NCBI GenBank assembly: GCA_965232835.1
Contig: OZ247426.1
Coordinates: 392,509 to 456,508 of the forward strand
Direction of reading: 5' to 3'
Length of the DNA stretch: 64,000 bases
Source: Dehalococcoidia bacterium
GTDB taxonomy: Bacteria > Chloroflexota > Dehalococcoidia > Lucifugimonadales > UBA3495
The notes under the pieces were generated by a model, which saw only the letters and a list, made by a program, of their open reading frames with translations, did no database searches and was not told the DNA's origin. The position numbers and the translations under genes are program-made. Numbering within the stretch: position 1 is the stretch's first letter; each line of letters opens with the position of its first letter. Below are positions 49,153 through 58,398 of the stretch, piece by piece.

Positions 49153-49743
49153 CTATGACGCGGGTTCTCGCGCCACGATTACCTGGGCAGCTCGCAACAG
49201 CCGGTCGTGGAGCCGGTAACCGGGGCGGACCATCTGGACCACGTGGTCCGGCTGGTGATCCGATGATTCCTGGTAAGCCAGCGCCTCGTGTTCGTTGGGG
49301 TCGAAGGGTTGCCCCTCTGCCCCGTCTATAAGGGTGACCCCACGCATTTCCAGTCGACGCTTCACTTCCCGCACCGCCAGCTTCACGCCGTCTCCCCACT
49401 GGGGGCTCACCTCGGCGTTCAGTGCCAGCTCCAGCCCCTCGATCACCGGGAGCAGGTCCTGGAGCAGGTCCTCGTCCCGGTATTTGGCCAGAGATGCGCG
49501 CTGCTCGGCGAACCGCCTTCTTTCGGTTTGAAGCTCCGCCTCCCTGTACTGCACCTCGTTCCGGAATTTCTCGGCATCCGCCTCTGCGGCTTCCAGCCGC
49601 TCGGTCAGTGCCGCGATCTTCAGCTCCGGCGGCAACTGCGAGAAATCCATCGCATCCTGCGGAGCTTCCCCGTCTGCGGGTGCCGCGTTCTGGTCGTGGC
49701 GCCCTGGCTCGTTCGTTGGTTCCCTGTCGTGTTCTGTAGACAT
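49153..49743 (-). CDS. grpE: Nucleotide exchange factor GrpE
   Basis: LLPVI-x2-LE-x-AL, FDPNEHEA and GY-x-L-x2-RLLRAA-x-V motifs. Confidence 0.93.
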   Translation of the reverse strand: MSTEHDREPTNEPGRHDQNAAPADGEAPQDAMDFSQLPPELKIAALTERLEAAEADAEKFRNEVQYREAELQTERRRFAEQRASLAKYRDEDLLQDLLPVIEGLELALNAEVSPQWGDGVKLAVREVKRRLEMRGVTLIDGAEGQPFDPNEHEALAYQESSDHQPDHVVQMVRPGYRLHDRLLRAAQVIVAREPAS

Positions 49744-49805
49744 CAACCGATCCCTGTGTAAGTTTGCTCTGGTTCCTTCCCCTCGTACGGGGTCCACACG
49801 TTCAG

Positions 49806-50315
49806 TTAGTGGTCAACGGGCAGGTTGAGGCTGTGAAAGAGTAACTCAAGCTCCTCGGCCACCGCTTCGCCCGCCTCCGGTCCCAGCCTCGCGGTCAGCC
49901 TCTGCTGCATGGTGATAAGGTTCTGAACCGCCGTCAGGACGAATTCCACACCAGCGAGATTCAGGCCCATTTCGTCCGACAGGTGGCGTATTAGTCGCAG
50001 CTTGCGAATGTCCTCAGTGGAATACAACCGCAGCATGCCCAAGGTCCTCCCGGGCCGGATCAGCCCCAGCCGCTCGTACTTGCGCAGGGTCTGGGGGTGC
50101 ATATCGAGGATACGGGCCGCAACGCTGATGATGTAGACCCCCTCCATCTGCAGAGCGGCCTCGCTTTCCACGGTCTGGTCCATCTCCTGGCCGACTGCAG
50201 AGTTGTCCTGGACCTGTGCTTGAGACGGGTCAGCGTCGCCAGACGCAACTTCCGGGACAGGAGGGACGCTCCTGTCCTGGATGTGTTGTGTTTGGACTCG
50301 ACGCTGCTGGGTCAT
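49806..50315 (-). CDS. hspR: MerR-family heat-shock repressor HspR
   Basis: YIISVAARILDMHPQTLRKYERLGL-x2-P-x-RT...RLYS and GLNLAGV motifs. Confidence 0.85.
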   Translation of the reverse strand: MTQQRRVQTQHIQDRSVPPVPEVASGDADPSQAQVQDNSAVGQEMDQTVESEAALQMEGVYIISVAARILDMHPQTLRKYERLGLIRPGRTLGMLRLYSTEDIRKLRLIRHLSDEMGLNLAGVEFVLTAVQNLITMQQRLTARLGPEAGEAVAEELELLFHSLNLPVDH

Positions 50316-50354
50316 GGTTTTCTCCCGCCAGTCTGTTGACCTGTGCTGATACGT

Positions 50355-50383
50355 ATGATAGGGTTTGATACGTGGCGTGTCAA
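50355..50383 (-). promoter_or_regulatory. Sigma70-type promoter of hspR-grpE-dnaK with an overlapping imperfect palindrome
   Basis: TTGACA-17nt-TATCAT; TTGATAC-N5-GTGTCAA at 50365-50383. Confidence 0.6.
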
Positions 50384-50540
50384 TAGTAGTGTAGCGAGAG
50401 GGATAAAGAATCCGAAAGAAAGGTACTGGCGTATTAAAGGAAACTACGCCAGCCTGATGAGCCAGCCTGGTGGAGTATCTCAGGGTTCACCTGCCGTCTT
50501 AATGGCCGGCAGGGGGCCGAAAAATGAGAGGAGGTGTTCC

Positions 50541-50741
50541 ATGGTGTACTTGAAGTCCTGCCCCAAGTGCCTCGGAGACCTGACCGTAGCCCAGGATGGG
50601 TACGGCACCTTCATCAGCTGCCTGCAGTGCGGATTCATGAAAGACCTGGAGGTCAAGGGCGCCTCGCGGACGGCGACCTCGCCAACAGCGGCGGCTGCCG
50701 CGTGGCAAAGAGAGCAGGAAGCGCTGCCAAGGGCCGCTTGA
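50541..50741 (+). CDS. Small zinc-ribbon protein
   Basis: Strong RBS (GAGGAGG); CPKC-x-GD...CLQCG; followed by a terminator. Confidence 0.75.
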   Translation: MVYLKSCPKCLGDLTVAQDGYGTFISCLQCGFMKDLEVKGASRTATSPTAAAAAWQREQEALPRAA

Positions 50742-50775
50742 CTGCGCCTACAGTCGAATTCCACAGTCCAGAATG

Positions 50776-50802
50776 AGGGGCGGCCGATCGGCCGCCCCTT
50801 TT
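50776..50802 (+). terminator. Rho-independent terminator
   Basis: AGGGGCGGCCG-AT-CGGCCGCCCCTTTT. Confidence 0.75.
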
Positions 50803-50849
50803 GCTTGTGTGGTGTGAAATTGCTCGCCCTAAAATGAGAGTGATCTTTT

Positions 50850-50996
50850 CAATGTAGTTGCCGACCACAATTGTCTGAATCAGGATTCCCAGGCCTCCGG
50901 GTGCCATCCGGCAGCCGGGTTGCGACCCGGAGGGATGTTCAGGATTGAGGTCGCATCAGTGAAATCCTGAAATCCCACGAATCACAGTTCAGACGA
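50850..50996. repeat. MITE-like intergenic repeat (copy 1)
   Basis: TTGTCTGAATCAGGATT...AATCACAGTTCAGACGA imperfect terminal inverted repeats with internal CAGGATT/AATCCTG units; 19 bp identical to 63982-64000. Confidence 0.65.
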
Positions 50997-51051
50997 CGAC
51001 TTTGCGGGCGTCCTGTTCCCAGAGAAAGAGGGAATTGATCCCTCACCCCCC

Positions 51052-51699
51052 CTAACGCATCAATTCGGGCCAGAAGCGCTCCTCCTTCCAGGGGTCGCCG
51101 TTGTTGTGGTAGCCGCGCTGCTCCCAGAAACCCGGGGCGTCCTCGGCCAACAGTTCGATGCCGTTGACCCACTTGGCGCTCTTCCAGCCGTAGAGGCTGG
51201 GCACGATCAGGCGCAGGGGCCAGCCGTGGCTCTTGCCGATGGGCTCGCCGCCCTGCTTGTGGGCCAGGAATCCCTCATCCAGTGCGATCTCCAGCGGCAG
51301 GTTGGTGGAATAGCCGCCGAAGCAGTGGGCCATCAGGTACTTGCTTTCCGGCGAGATCCCCGAGAGTTCCAGCAGGTCAGACACCGCCACGCCTTCCCAT
51401 GTCTGGTCCAGGGCGCTCCACTGGGTTACACAATGGAAGTCGGCCTCCAGGACCTGCCATGGCAGCTCGGTAAACGCCTTCCAGTCCAGGGTGATTTCTC
51501 TCTCGACCAGCCCGGACACCCGAAACAGCCAGGCGTTGATGTCGATCTTGGGCTCGGGGCCGTAGGTGAGCACCGGGAACTTGGTGGTAACGAACTGGCC
51601 CGGCGGCACGCGTTCGCCATAGCCCTGGTCGGGCGCCTTCTTTACTCGGTCGGGTCGCTTCAAGCCCCACCTCACATTGGGGAATAGTTTGGACAGCAT
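51052..51699 (-). CDS. Sulfite-oxidase-like molybdopterin oxidoreductase (YuiH/MsrP-like, no signal peptide)
   Basis: RVPPGQ, DFHCVTQWS, HGWPLRL, WKSAKW and GFWE-x2-GYH motifs. Confidence 0.88.
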   Translation of the reverse strand: MLSKLFPNVRWGLKRPDRVKKAPDQGYGERVPPGQFVTTKFPVLTYGPEPKIDINAWLFRVSGLVEREITLDWKAFTELPWQVLEADFHCVTQWSALDQTWEGVAVSDLLELSGISPESKYLMAHCFGGYSTNLPLEIALDEGFLAHKQGGEPIGKSHGWPLRLIVPSLYGWKSAKWVNGIELLAEDAPGFWEQRGYHNNGDPWKEERFWPELMR

Positions 51700-51714
51700 T
51701 TTACCGCCCTATGC

Positions 51715-52761
51715 TCACTGAATCACCCTGGCAATCCCCGCCGTGCCATCGTTGATATGGCCCACGATGGAACGGGTCTCGACCCCCCTGCCCTCCAGCG
51801 CAGTCAACAGCTGCGACAGCCGATCCTCCGGCACGGAGATCAGCAGCCCGCCCGAGGTCTGGGCATCGCACAGGATCAGGCGCTGGTCGGAACTGACCGT
51901 GTCGTCCCACTCGACATAATCCGCCACCCCCGCCTCGTTCCGGTGAGTGCCGCCGGGAGCGACGCCCTGGGCAAGCAACTCGTCCACGCCGGGCAGCACC
52001 GGAGCGGACGCGGCCCGGATCTCGGCGCCCACTCCGCTTGCCCGCAGCATGCCGGTCAGGTGTCCCATCAGGCCGAAGCCAGTGACGTCGGTGCAGGCGT
52101 TGACGCCCACCTCCATCATCGCCTCCGAGGCGGCGCGGTTCAGCGTGGCCATGGTCTCTACGGCAATCTCAACCGAGCCGGGCGGCGCCACGCCTGCCTT
52201 GCAGCCGGTGGTCACGATGCCGGTGCCCAGCGGCTTGGTAAGCACCAGGACATCGCCGGGCTGGGCGCCTGCGTTGGTCACATGGCGGCCGGGCTCCACG
52301 AGGCCGACGACGGACAGGCCGTACTTGGGCTCGTTGTCGTCGACGGTGTGGCCGCCGACGATGAGGCAGTTGGCCTCGGCGGCCTTGTCGTACCCGCCGC
52401 GCAGCACGTCGCCCAGCATCTCACCGGCCAGGGCAGCGGGGAAGCCGACCACGTTGAGGGCCACCAGCGGACGCCCGCCCATGGCGTAGACGTCGCTGAG
52501 GGAGTTGGCCGCAGCCACCGAGCCGAACTCGTATGGGTCATCGGTGATGGGCGTGAAGAAATCCACCGTCAGCACCAGGCCGAGCCTGTCATCGAGGCGG
52601 TACACGGCGGCGTCGTCGCCCGTCGAGGACCCGACCAGGAGGTCGGGGTGCTCCACCTGGGGAAGCTTGCTAAGGACCTGCACGAGGTCCTGCTGGCTGA
52701 GCTTGGCGGCTCAACCGGCGCAGTGGGAGAGTTCGGTCAGCCGGACCGGTGCATTGACCAT
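51715..52761 (-). CDS. selD: Selenide, water dikinase (selenoprotein, Sec17 at TGA 52711-52713)
   Basis: MVNAPVRLTELSHCAG-U-AAKL is in frame with DDAAVY, TVDFFTPI, GGHT, DVTGFGL and DAQTSGGLL. Confidence 0.95.
52663..52704 (-). promoter_or_regulatory. Candidate SECIS element of selD
   Basis: AGGACCT-CGTGC-AGGTCCT perfect upper stem plus an AAGCT/AGCTT lower stem, just 3' of the UGA. Confidence 0.65.
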
Positions 52762-53095
52762 TGCCGCGCTCCTGTGTCCTGTTCGGTGCCGGGGGGTGTT
52801 GCCGCCATTATAGCGCAGCAAGGGTCGGTGGGGAGGGCCTAGCTTCGGGATGTCGAACTCCGGTAGCATGAGTACCAGACTGAAGGGCTCCATTACCGAA
52901 GGGCGCCATTGTTGATTGGGAGCGGGGAATATTGGCGGAGCTATGGTCGCTGTCTCCTCGACTATTAGAGATTTCCCCACCTTCTGGATAGGACTGAAAA
53001 TACATTACGACCTGCAGATAGCGGAGGGACGGCTGGGGGAGCGAGGATGTTGCGGGTTATAATGTCATTTTGTTTGCCATTTGGAGCGAGAAGCC

Positions 53096-54223
53096 ATGAC
53101 CGACAGCGCTAGTGGTTTTGATCTACAGACGACTGAAGATGACCTCGAGGTTGAAAACGAGGTTCAATTCGACTTTGCAGAACACCGCCGCGTCGCCGTG
53201 GAGGAGTATCTTCGCATACGGACTCGATATGAGGCATTTGCCTACTCGGTGAGGGAAATCTTGTACCAAGCTCTGAAGACTGCCGGTATTCTTGTAAATT
53301 CTGTGGATGCTCGAGCAAAAGACCCTGAGAGTTTCGGCGCCAAAGCTGAGACACCTGCCGAGGATGATCCGCAAGCACCAAAATACCCACAGCCTTTGCA
53401 AGATATAACCGATCTAACTGGTGTGCGAGTCATTACGTTCTTCCCTGGCACTCTGCAGAATATCGGAGACTGCATACGACGAGAGTTCGAAGTACTTGAG
53501 CACACGGATCTCAGTCGGGCACTCCTTCAAGAGGAGCGATTCGGGTATCAGAGCGAACATTATCTCGTTAGGTTGGGCAGCGGAAGAACGGTACTACCAG
53601 AGTACGAACCTCATCAAGGTCTAGTCGCTGAAATCCAAGTACGCACCATACTTCAACATGCTTGGGCAGAAATCGAACATGATATCCAGTACAAATCGAG
53701 TATTACTATACCCAACTCAATTCGACGGCGGTTCATGTCTCTCGCTGGATTGCTCGAAATCGCAGATAGGGAATTCCAGGCTATTCAAGATGAGGATGAA
53801 ATACTAAAGCAACATACTGGAACTTCAGTTGAAGAGGGAGCGCTTGATCAGATAGAGATAACTGCTCATGCATTGCGATCGTATCTCCACAAGAAGTTCG
53901 AATCGGTTGGACGCGGACATGATTATAGCTCCGAATATTACGCTAGATTACTTCGTAGATTGGGGTTCACGACCATTGATCAGTTAGACACCTGCATTAA
54001 GGATTACGATGTCACTGAATTCACTAAAATAGTCCGTCGAGGGCGCGAAGGTCCCCCTATAAGATTGCAGGATCTTCTCCTCGCTGGAATGGGATCAGTC
54101 TTTGTTGAGAGTCGAGCCAAAGATCCAGTAAGAAAAGACAGCTTAAGGGCAAGGCTTTCCAGATACGAACGCTGGGGCATCCCAGTCGGGGAGTATGATC
54201 CGAATAAAGATGTCCGGAACTAA
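53096..54223 (+). CDS. Stand-alone RelA/SpoT (alarmone synthetase-like) domain protein, lower GC
   Basis: RAKDPESFGAK, DLTGVR, GYQSEH and EIQVRTILQHAWAEIEHDIQYK motifs; no HD hydrolase domain. Confidence 0.88.
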   Translation: MTDSASGFDLQTTEDDLEVENEVQFDFAEHRRVAVEEYLRIRTRYEAFAYSVREILYQALKTAGILVNSVDARAKDPESFGAKAETPAEDDPQAPKYPQPLQDITDLTGVRVITFFPGTLQNIGDCIRREFEVLEHTDLSRALLQEERFGYQSEHYLVRLGSGRTVLPEYEPHQGLVAEIQVRTILQHAWAEIEHDIQYKSSITIPNSIRRRFMSLAGLLEIADREFQAIQDEDEILKQHTGTSVEEGALDQIEITAHALRSYLHKKFESVGRGHDYSSEYYARLLRRLGFTTIDQLDTCIKDYDVTEFTKIVRRGREGPPIRLQDLLLAGMGSVFVESRAKDPVRKDSLRARLSRYERWGIPVGEYDPNKDVRN

Positions 54224-54763
54224 GGCATAAGCTAACCTACGCATCCGCAATGGTTATGCCACAGTTACTGATATTGCTATGACAATTGGCTATGCTAACA
54301 ATTGGCGATAAAAAACCTATAGGGTCTGCTGATTAGCTTTGAACCGGCTAGCACGTCGGCTTTTCGCATGGGGTTCCAAGTGCTAAATTTCGCTCATCCA
54401 GCAGGCAATGTATGGAATAGCCGTGATAATTCAAGAGGGTATCTTCAAACTTGTGCCCTCATCCCTACACAGGCAGGAATCCAAGGGTTCCCGCAACCTG
54501 TTCGACCTACACTGGGCTTCTGAATTTCGGCTAAAACGGGAAAGACGACTCGGGTGTGGATGACGGGTATAAGTCCGAGAGACATGCATGGTTTGACAGG
54601 CTCACCATCGGCGGAAAATTAGGCCCTGCTGATCCAGCCGTCGTGTTTGGGTCTGCCCCCGCGGGAGTGATGATGGAGCGGGCGGAGGTGATATTGAAGT
54701 GGCACGCCATCAGCCCTCGTGATAGAGTAGGCGGGCTGGTATTGACTGGCGCAGGGGTAGTGC

Positions 54764-56287
54764 ATGCCCGGATTTATCTCCAATTACAGGGAAGTCGTGA
54801 ACTCGGTGGAGCGCCGCCAGGTGCTGATCGCCATGACGGGCGGGCAGCTGCTGGTGCAGCTCTCCAGCCTGCCGGTGACCTTGGCGCTGCCGAGCATCGC
54901 CCGCGACTTCGGCTACTCCGTTGACGCCGCCGCCTGGATAGTCATCGCCAACCTGCTGGTGCTGGGCAGCACCGTGTTCCTCGGCGCCCGTCTGGGCGAC
55001 CGGTTCGGCCACCCACGGGTGTTCTTCATCGGCACGATCATCATCACCGTTGGCGCAGTGGGGATCGTGGCGGCCCAGGACCTGACCCAGGTTACGGTCC
55101 TGAGAGGTTTGCAGGGGTTCGGCGCCGGATTGATACACGGCAACGGGAACGCCATGCTGGCCTTCGCCTTCCCGCCCAGCGAGCGGGGCCGGGCCTACGC
55201 CTTCCCCATCACCGGCTCACGCGTCGGGACCTTTATCGGCGTGGCCTTCTTCGGGGTCCTGCTGCAGTGGGCCAACTGGGAAAGCTTCGCTGGCTGGCGG
55301 CTGGTGTTCCTGACCATGCTGCCCATCGGCCTGATCGTCATCAAGACGTGCATGCCAGTGGTGCGGCGGAACAACGAGTCCATCGTCGACAAGGAGAACC
55401 CCATCGACTACCTGGGGGCGATCCTGCTGGTGGCGGTTTCGGCGGTGTTCATCCTGTCGGGCAGCCACATCCACGGCGGCGAGGAGTCGTACACGTCGCC
55501 GGACGCGCTTACGTACCACCTGCCGATGCACGGGTTGACCATCGCGCTGCTGGTGGTGTTCATCTTCGTGGAACGGAGGGTGTCGCACCCCTTCGTCGAG
55601 TTCCAGCACTTCAAGGAGAAGTACTTCACGCTGGCGATCATCTCCAACGTGATGTTCCACCTGTCGATGATGGCGACCATGATCCTGGTGCCGATCATGA
55701 TCGAAGAGGGACTGGGGATGTCGCCAATATTCGTTACCTACGTGTTGCTGCCGCACCAGTCCTTCGGCATTTGGCTGCCGGCCATCGCCGGGTTCATTCA
55801 CGACAAGTTCAACCCCCGGATGCTGCGGACGGCGTGCATGCTGTCCATCGCGTCGGGGTTCGTGCTGCTGGCGCTATTCGCGGGGACGGTCTCCATCTGG
55901 TTGCTGCCGCTCCTGCTGTTCCCGATTTCGGTGGGCACCAACATCTTCAACACGGTGAACAACGCCACAGTGATGAGCACGCTGCCGACGGAGAACCGGG
56001 GCTTCGCCTCCGGGATGCTGGAGACGACGCGGGACATGGGACACGCGACGGGCGCGACGATTTCGTCGTTCATCGTGGCCATGATCGTGCCGGCTACCAT
56101 CGGGCTGATGCTGCCTGCTGAGTCGCAGCGGCTGCACCTTGAGGGCTTCCAGGTCTCGGCGCTGGCGGTGGTCGGAATCATGACCATCGGAGCCATCATC
56201 GCGGCGTTCCACCGGCCGTACAGGCCGCCGACGGCACAGACAGGTGACGGCGGGCAGCAGGCGCGGGCGGGTGCCGCGGCCGACTGA
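54764..56287 (+). CDS. MFS transporter (DHA2/EmrB-like)
   Basis: ALPSIARDF, RLGDRFG and RGLQGFG motifs; about 14 TM segments. Confidence 0.88.
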   Translation: MPGFISNYREVVNSVERRQVLIAMTGGQLLVQLSSLPVTLALPSIARDFGYSVDAAAWIVIANLLVLGSTVFLGARLGDRFGHPRVFFIGTIIITVGAVGIVAAQDLTQVTVLRGLQGFGAGLIHGNGNAMLAFAFPPSERGRAYAFPITGSRVGTFIGVAFFGVLLQWANWESFAGWRLVFLTMLPIGLIVIKTCMPVVRRNNESIVDKENPIDYLGAILLVAVSAVFILSGSHIHGGEESYTSPDALTYHLPMHGLTIALLVVFIFVERRVSHPFVEFQHFKEKYFTLAIISNVMFHLSMMATMILVPIMIEEGLGMSPIFVTYVLLPHQSFGIWLPAIAGFIHDKFNPRMLRTACMLSIASGFVLLALFAGTVSIWLLPLLLFPISVGTNIFNTVNNATVMSTLPTENRGFASGMLETTRDMGHATGATISSFIVAMIVPATIGLMLPAESQRLHLEGFQVSALAVVGIMTIGAIIAAFHRPYRPPTAQTGDGGQQARAGAAAD

Positions 56288-56311
56288 GTAGAATCGCTGG
56301 GAATGACAACG

Positions 56312-56347
56312 AAAAAGGGGCGCACCGCTGTGCGCCCCTGCTTTTTT
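56312..56347. terminator. Bidirectional terminator
   Basis: AAAAAGGGGCGCAC-CGCT-GTGCGCCCCTGCTTTTTT between convergent genes. Confidence 0.75.
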
Positions 56348-56404
56348 GTCCGGGAAATCGCCCCTTCCCTGCTCCTCCAGAGAGAAGATTGGACGCGTGG
56401 GCGG

Positions 56405-56620
56405 CTAGATGTTCAGCATGATGAAGCGGCCAGTCTCGGCCTGGTAGTAGTAGGTCTTGCCGTCGTCGATCTTCACTCCGATCAGCGAGTAGGAGATATG
56501 CGACTCTGCATAGTGCTCTAGGATGCGGACGTTGCGCCACTCGCTGTCGCCCATTGTTGCCATTACCGTTTCGAGGTTCAGTTCTGCCTGGCTCTTTTCC
56601 GTTGCCACAGCCGTCTCCAT
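56405..56620 (-). CDS. Small hypothetical protein
   Basis: GAAGG RBS, host-like codon usage, ends just before the terminator. Confidence 0.55.
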   Translation of the reverse strand: METAVATEKSQAELNLETVMATMGDSEWRNVRILEHYAESHISYSLIGVKIDDGKTYYYQAETGRFIMLNI

Positions 56621-56762
56621 TCGGTTGGATACACCTTCCGGACTTCGACAGACTCAAGCCCTTGAGCTTGCTCAGGACGGGCTGATGACGAACGGATGGC
56701 GCGCGGGAATTCACTGGCCTCCCCGGCTTCCACAGGGGCGGCCAGTGCGCCTATGACTGTTA

Positions 56763-57638
56763 CTACCCCTCGCGGACGTACTTGTCGATGGCGTCGGGGA
56801 CGCCGGCGAGGTAGATGTCGCCGCGGGAGTCGATCCAGCTGCCGTGTCCGGAGCCGCGGCAGTCGAAGCGGGCGAGGACGCCGCCTTGGGGATCGAGGAT
56901 GCTGATTCGCGCGGAGCTGTCTCCGACCGTGCCTTCGCTGACAAGGAAGTTGCCCTCGGGGTCGCGGGATATGTCCATGGGCCGCTGAATGTCGTTCCAG
57001 AACTCGATGAACTCGCCGTTGAGGGTGAAGAGCTGAATGCGGTGGTTCTCGCGGTCGCAGACGATGATGCGGTCGCCGTCGATGATCAGGCTGTGGGGCA
57101 GGTGGAAGTGGTTGGCCTCGGACTTGCCGGGCTCACCCCAGGACTGGATCAGCTCGCCCTCGGCGGTGAAGCGGTGGACCCGGGAATTGCGGTAGCCGTC
57201 GGCAACATACAGCTCGCCGGAAGGCGACGGGACCAGCTCGGCCGGGTAGTTGAAGGGCCCGGCGGCACGTGGCACGAGGTCGCCCGCGACCTCGCAGCCA
57301 GTGTCGGAGTGGCGGCCATGGCGCCCCAGCATCTGCACGGGCTTGCCGTCGAGGGTGTAGACGAGGCAGGTGGAGGCGTCGCGGTCGGTCACGTAAACGA
57401 CGTCGTCCTCAATGTAAAAGCCGTGGGCGAATAGGAAGGAGCCGTTGCCCCAGGAGTCCTGGAGGTTGCCGTCGCGGTCGAAAATGAGGACGGGCGGCTC
57501 CTTGCGCTGGAAGGCGTAGACGAGGTCCTGGGAGTCTGTGGCGATGGCCGAGACCATGGCAAAGGTCTCGCCCTCGGGCAGCTTTGCCCAGTTTTCCTCG
57601 AGGGTGTAGGTGTAGTGGCCGGAGCCAAGGGTGGTCAT
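56763..57638 (-). CDS. NHL-repeat beta-propeller (peptidyl-alpha-hydroxyglycine lyase-like)
   Basis: AHG, FNYP, YVADGYRNSRVH, FHLPH and DRENHRIQ motifs. Confidence 0.85.
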   Translation of the reverse strand: MTTLGSGHYTYTLEENWAKLPEGETFAMVSAIATDSQDLVYAFQRKEPPVLIFDRDGNLQDSWGNGSFLFAHGFYIEDDVVYVTDRDASTCLVYTLDGKPVQMLGRHGRHSDTGCEVAGDLVPRAAGPFNYPAELVPSPSGELYVADGYRNSRVHRFTAEGELIQSWGEPGKSEANHFHLPHSLIIDGDRIIVCDRENHRIQLFTLNGEFIEFWNDIQRPMDISRDPEGNFLVSEGTVGDSSARISILDPQGGVLARFDCRGSGHGSWIDSRGDIYLAGVPDAIDKYVREG

Positions 57639-57807
57639 GGTGGCCTCCTGTAGGGGGTTGAAGTAGTGGGGCTATTGTACACGGTGGAGGGAGGATACTG
57701 GTTAGGGAGTTGTTGTTAGAGAATCGTAGACGGGCTCTTCGACTGCTACGGATTCAGACCGTGAGCGGAGCCTGCGGCGAGTCTAGAAGAGGCCGATGTT
57801 CGGAGCT

Positions 57808-58395
57808 CTACTCCGGAGTGCCCTGCGCCAGAAATGCCTTGATTGCGGCCATAATTTCCTCCGCCGTCTCTCCTCTATCTTGAAGGTTGAATGCCCAGTC
57901 GCGGCCGGGGTGCAAGGTATCCCATCGGGACCGCCGCTGATTCCGTCGCCCCGCACCCGGGACATGGTTGCCAAATCCGTCGACCACCACGTTCCATATC
58001 GGTTGGTACGTTGATATCAGTACCTGTTCGGTAAGGCCAATCCACACTGGGTCAAGAACGAGCCACCGACAGCGAAAGTCAAGCAACTCTAAGTTGGTCG
58101 TCGCTTCGATAGATTCGGCATGTTCCTGCAAACGTCGGCTGAGGACATTCGTTGTTGAATTCGTTGAAATGGTCCGGCCTTGTCGCCTTCCCGGAGGGTC
58201 TGCCTTGCCTACATATATGGGCGCATCCCCCTCGATATTGTCATAAGGAGAAGAGTTTCCTATGTAGTGCACCGTGTAGACGCCAGCCCCTGAGAAAGTC
58301 ACGCTTGGTGGCAACGGGTCGGCGGTGTAGTCCATCAAGGCCCGAGCCGCATTTCGCCCTAACTCCTCCACACTGAGAGGATTGTAAGCGCGCAT
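57808..58395 (-). CDS. Eco29kI-family GIY-YIG restriction endonuclease
   Basis: GAGVYTVHY, PIYVGKA, RLQEH, E-x2-LI-x4-PIWN, DGFGNH-x-PG and WDTLHPGR-x-WA motifs. Confidence 0.9.
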   Translation of the reverse strand: MRAYNPLSVEELGRNAARALMDYTADPLPPSVTFSGAGVYTVHYIGNSSPYDNIEGDAPIYVGKADPPGRRQGRTISTNSTTNVLSRRLQEHAESIEATTNLELLDFRCRWLVLDPVWIGLTEQVLISTYQPIWNVVVDGFGNHVPGAGRRNQRRSRWDTLHPGRDWAFNLQDRGETAEEIMAAIKAFLAQGTPE

Positions 58396-58398
58396 GAA

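Noticed and set aside
51415-51440. Possible Sec at the Mo-ligand position of the sulfite-oxidase-like enzyme
   Set aside because: The codon is TGT (Cys).
52711-52980. 89-aa ORF upstream of selD as a separate gene
   Set aside because: Its last 16 codons are the true SelD N-terminus before the Sec UGA; the rest is upstream non-coding sequence.
54224-54260. GGCATAA...GTTATGCC after the RelA/SpoT gene as a possible integron attC site
   Set aside because: Only about 37 bp, shorter than attC sites. The inverse core is imperfect and there is no integrase or second attC. More likely a terminator hairpin.
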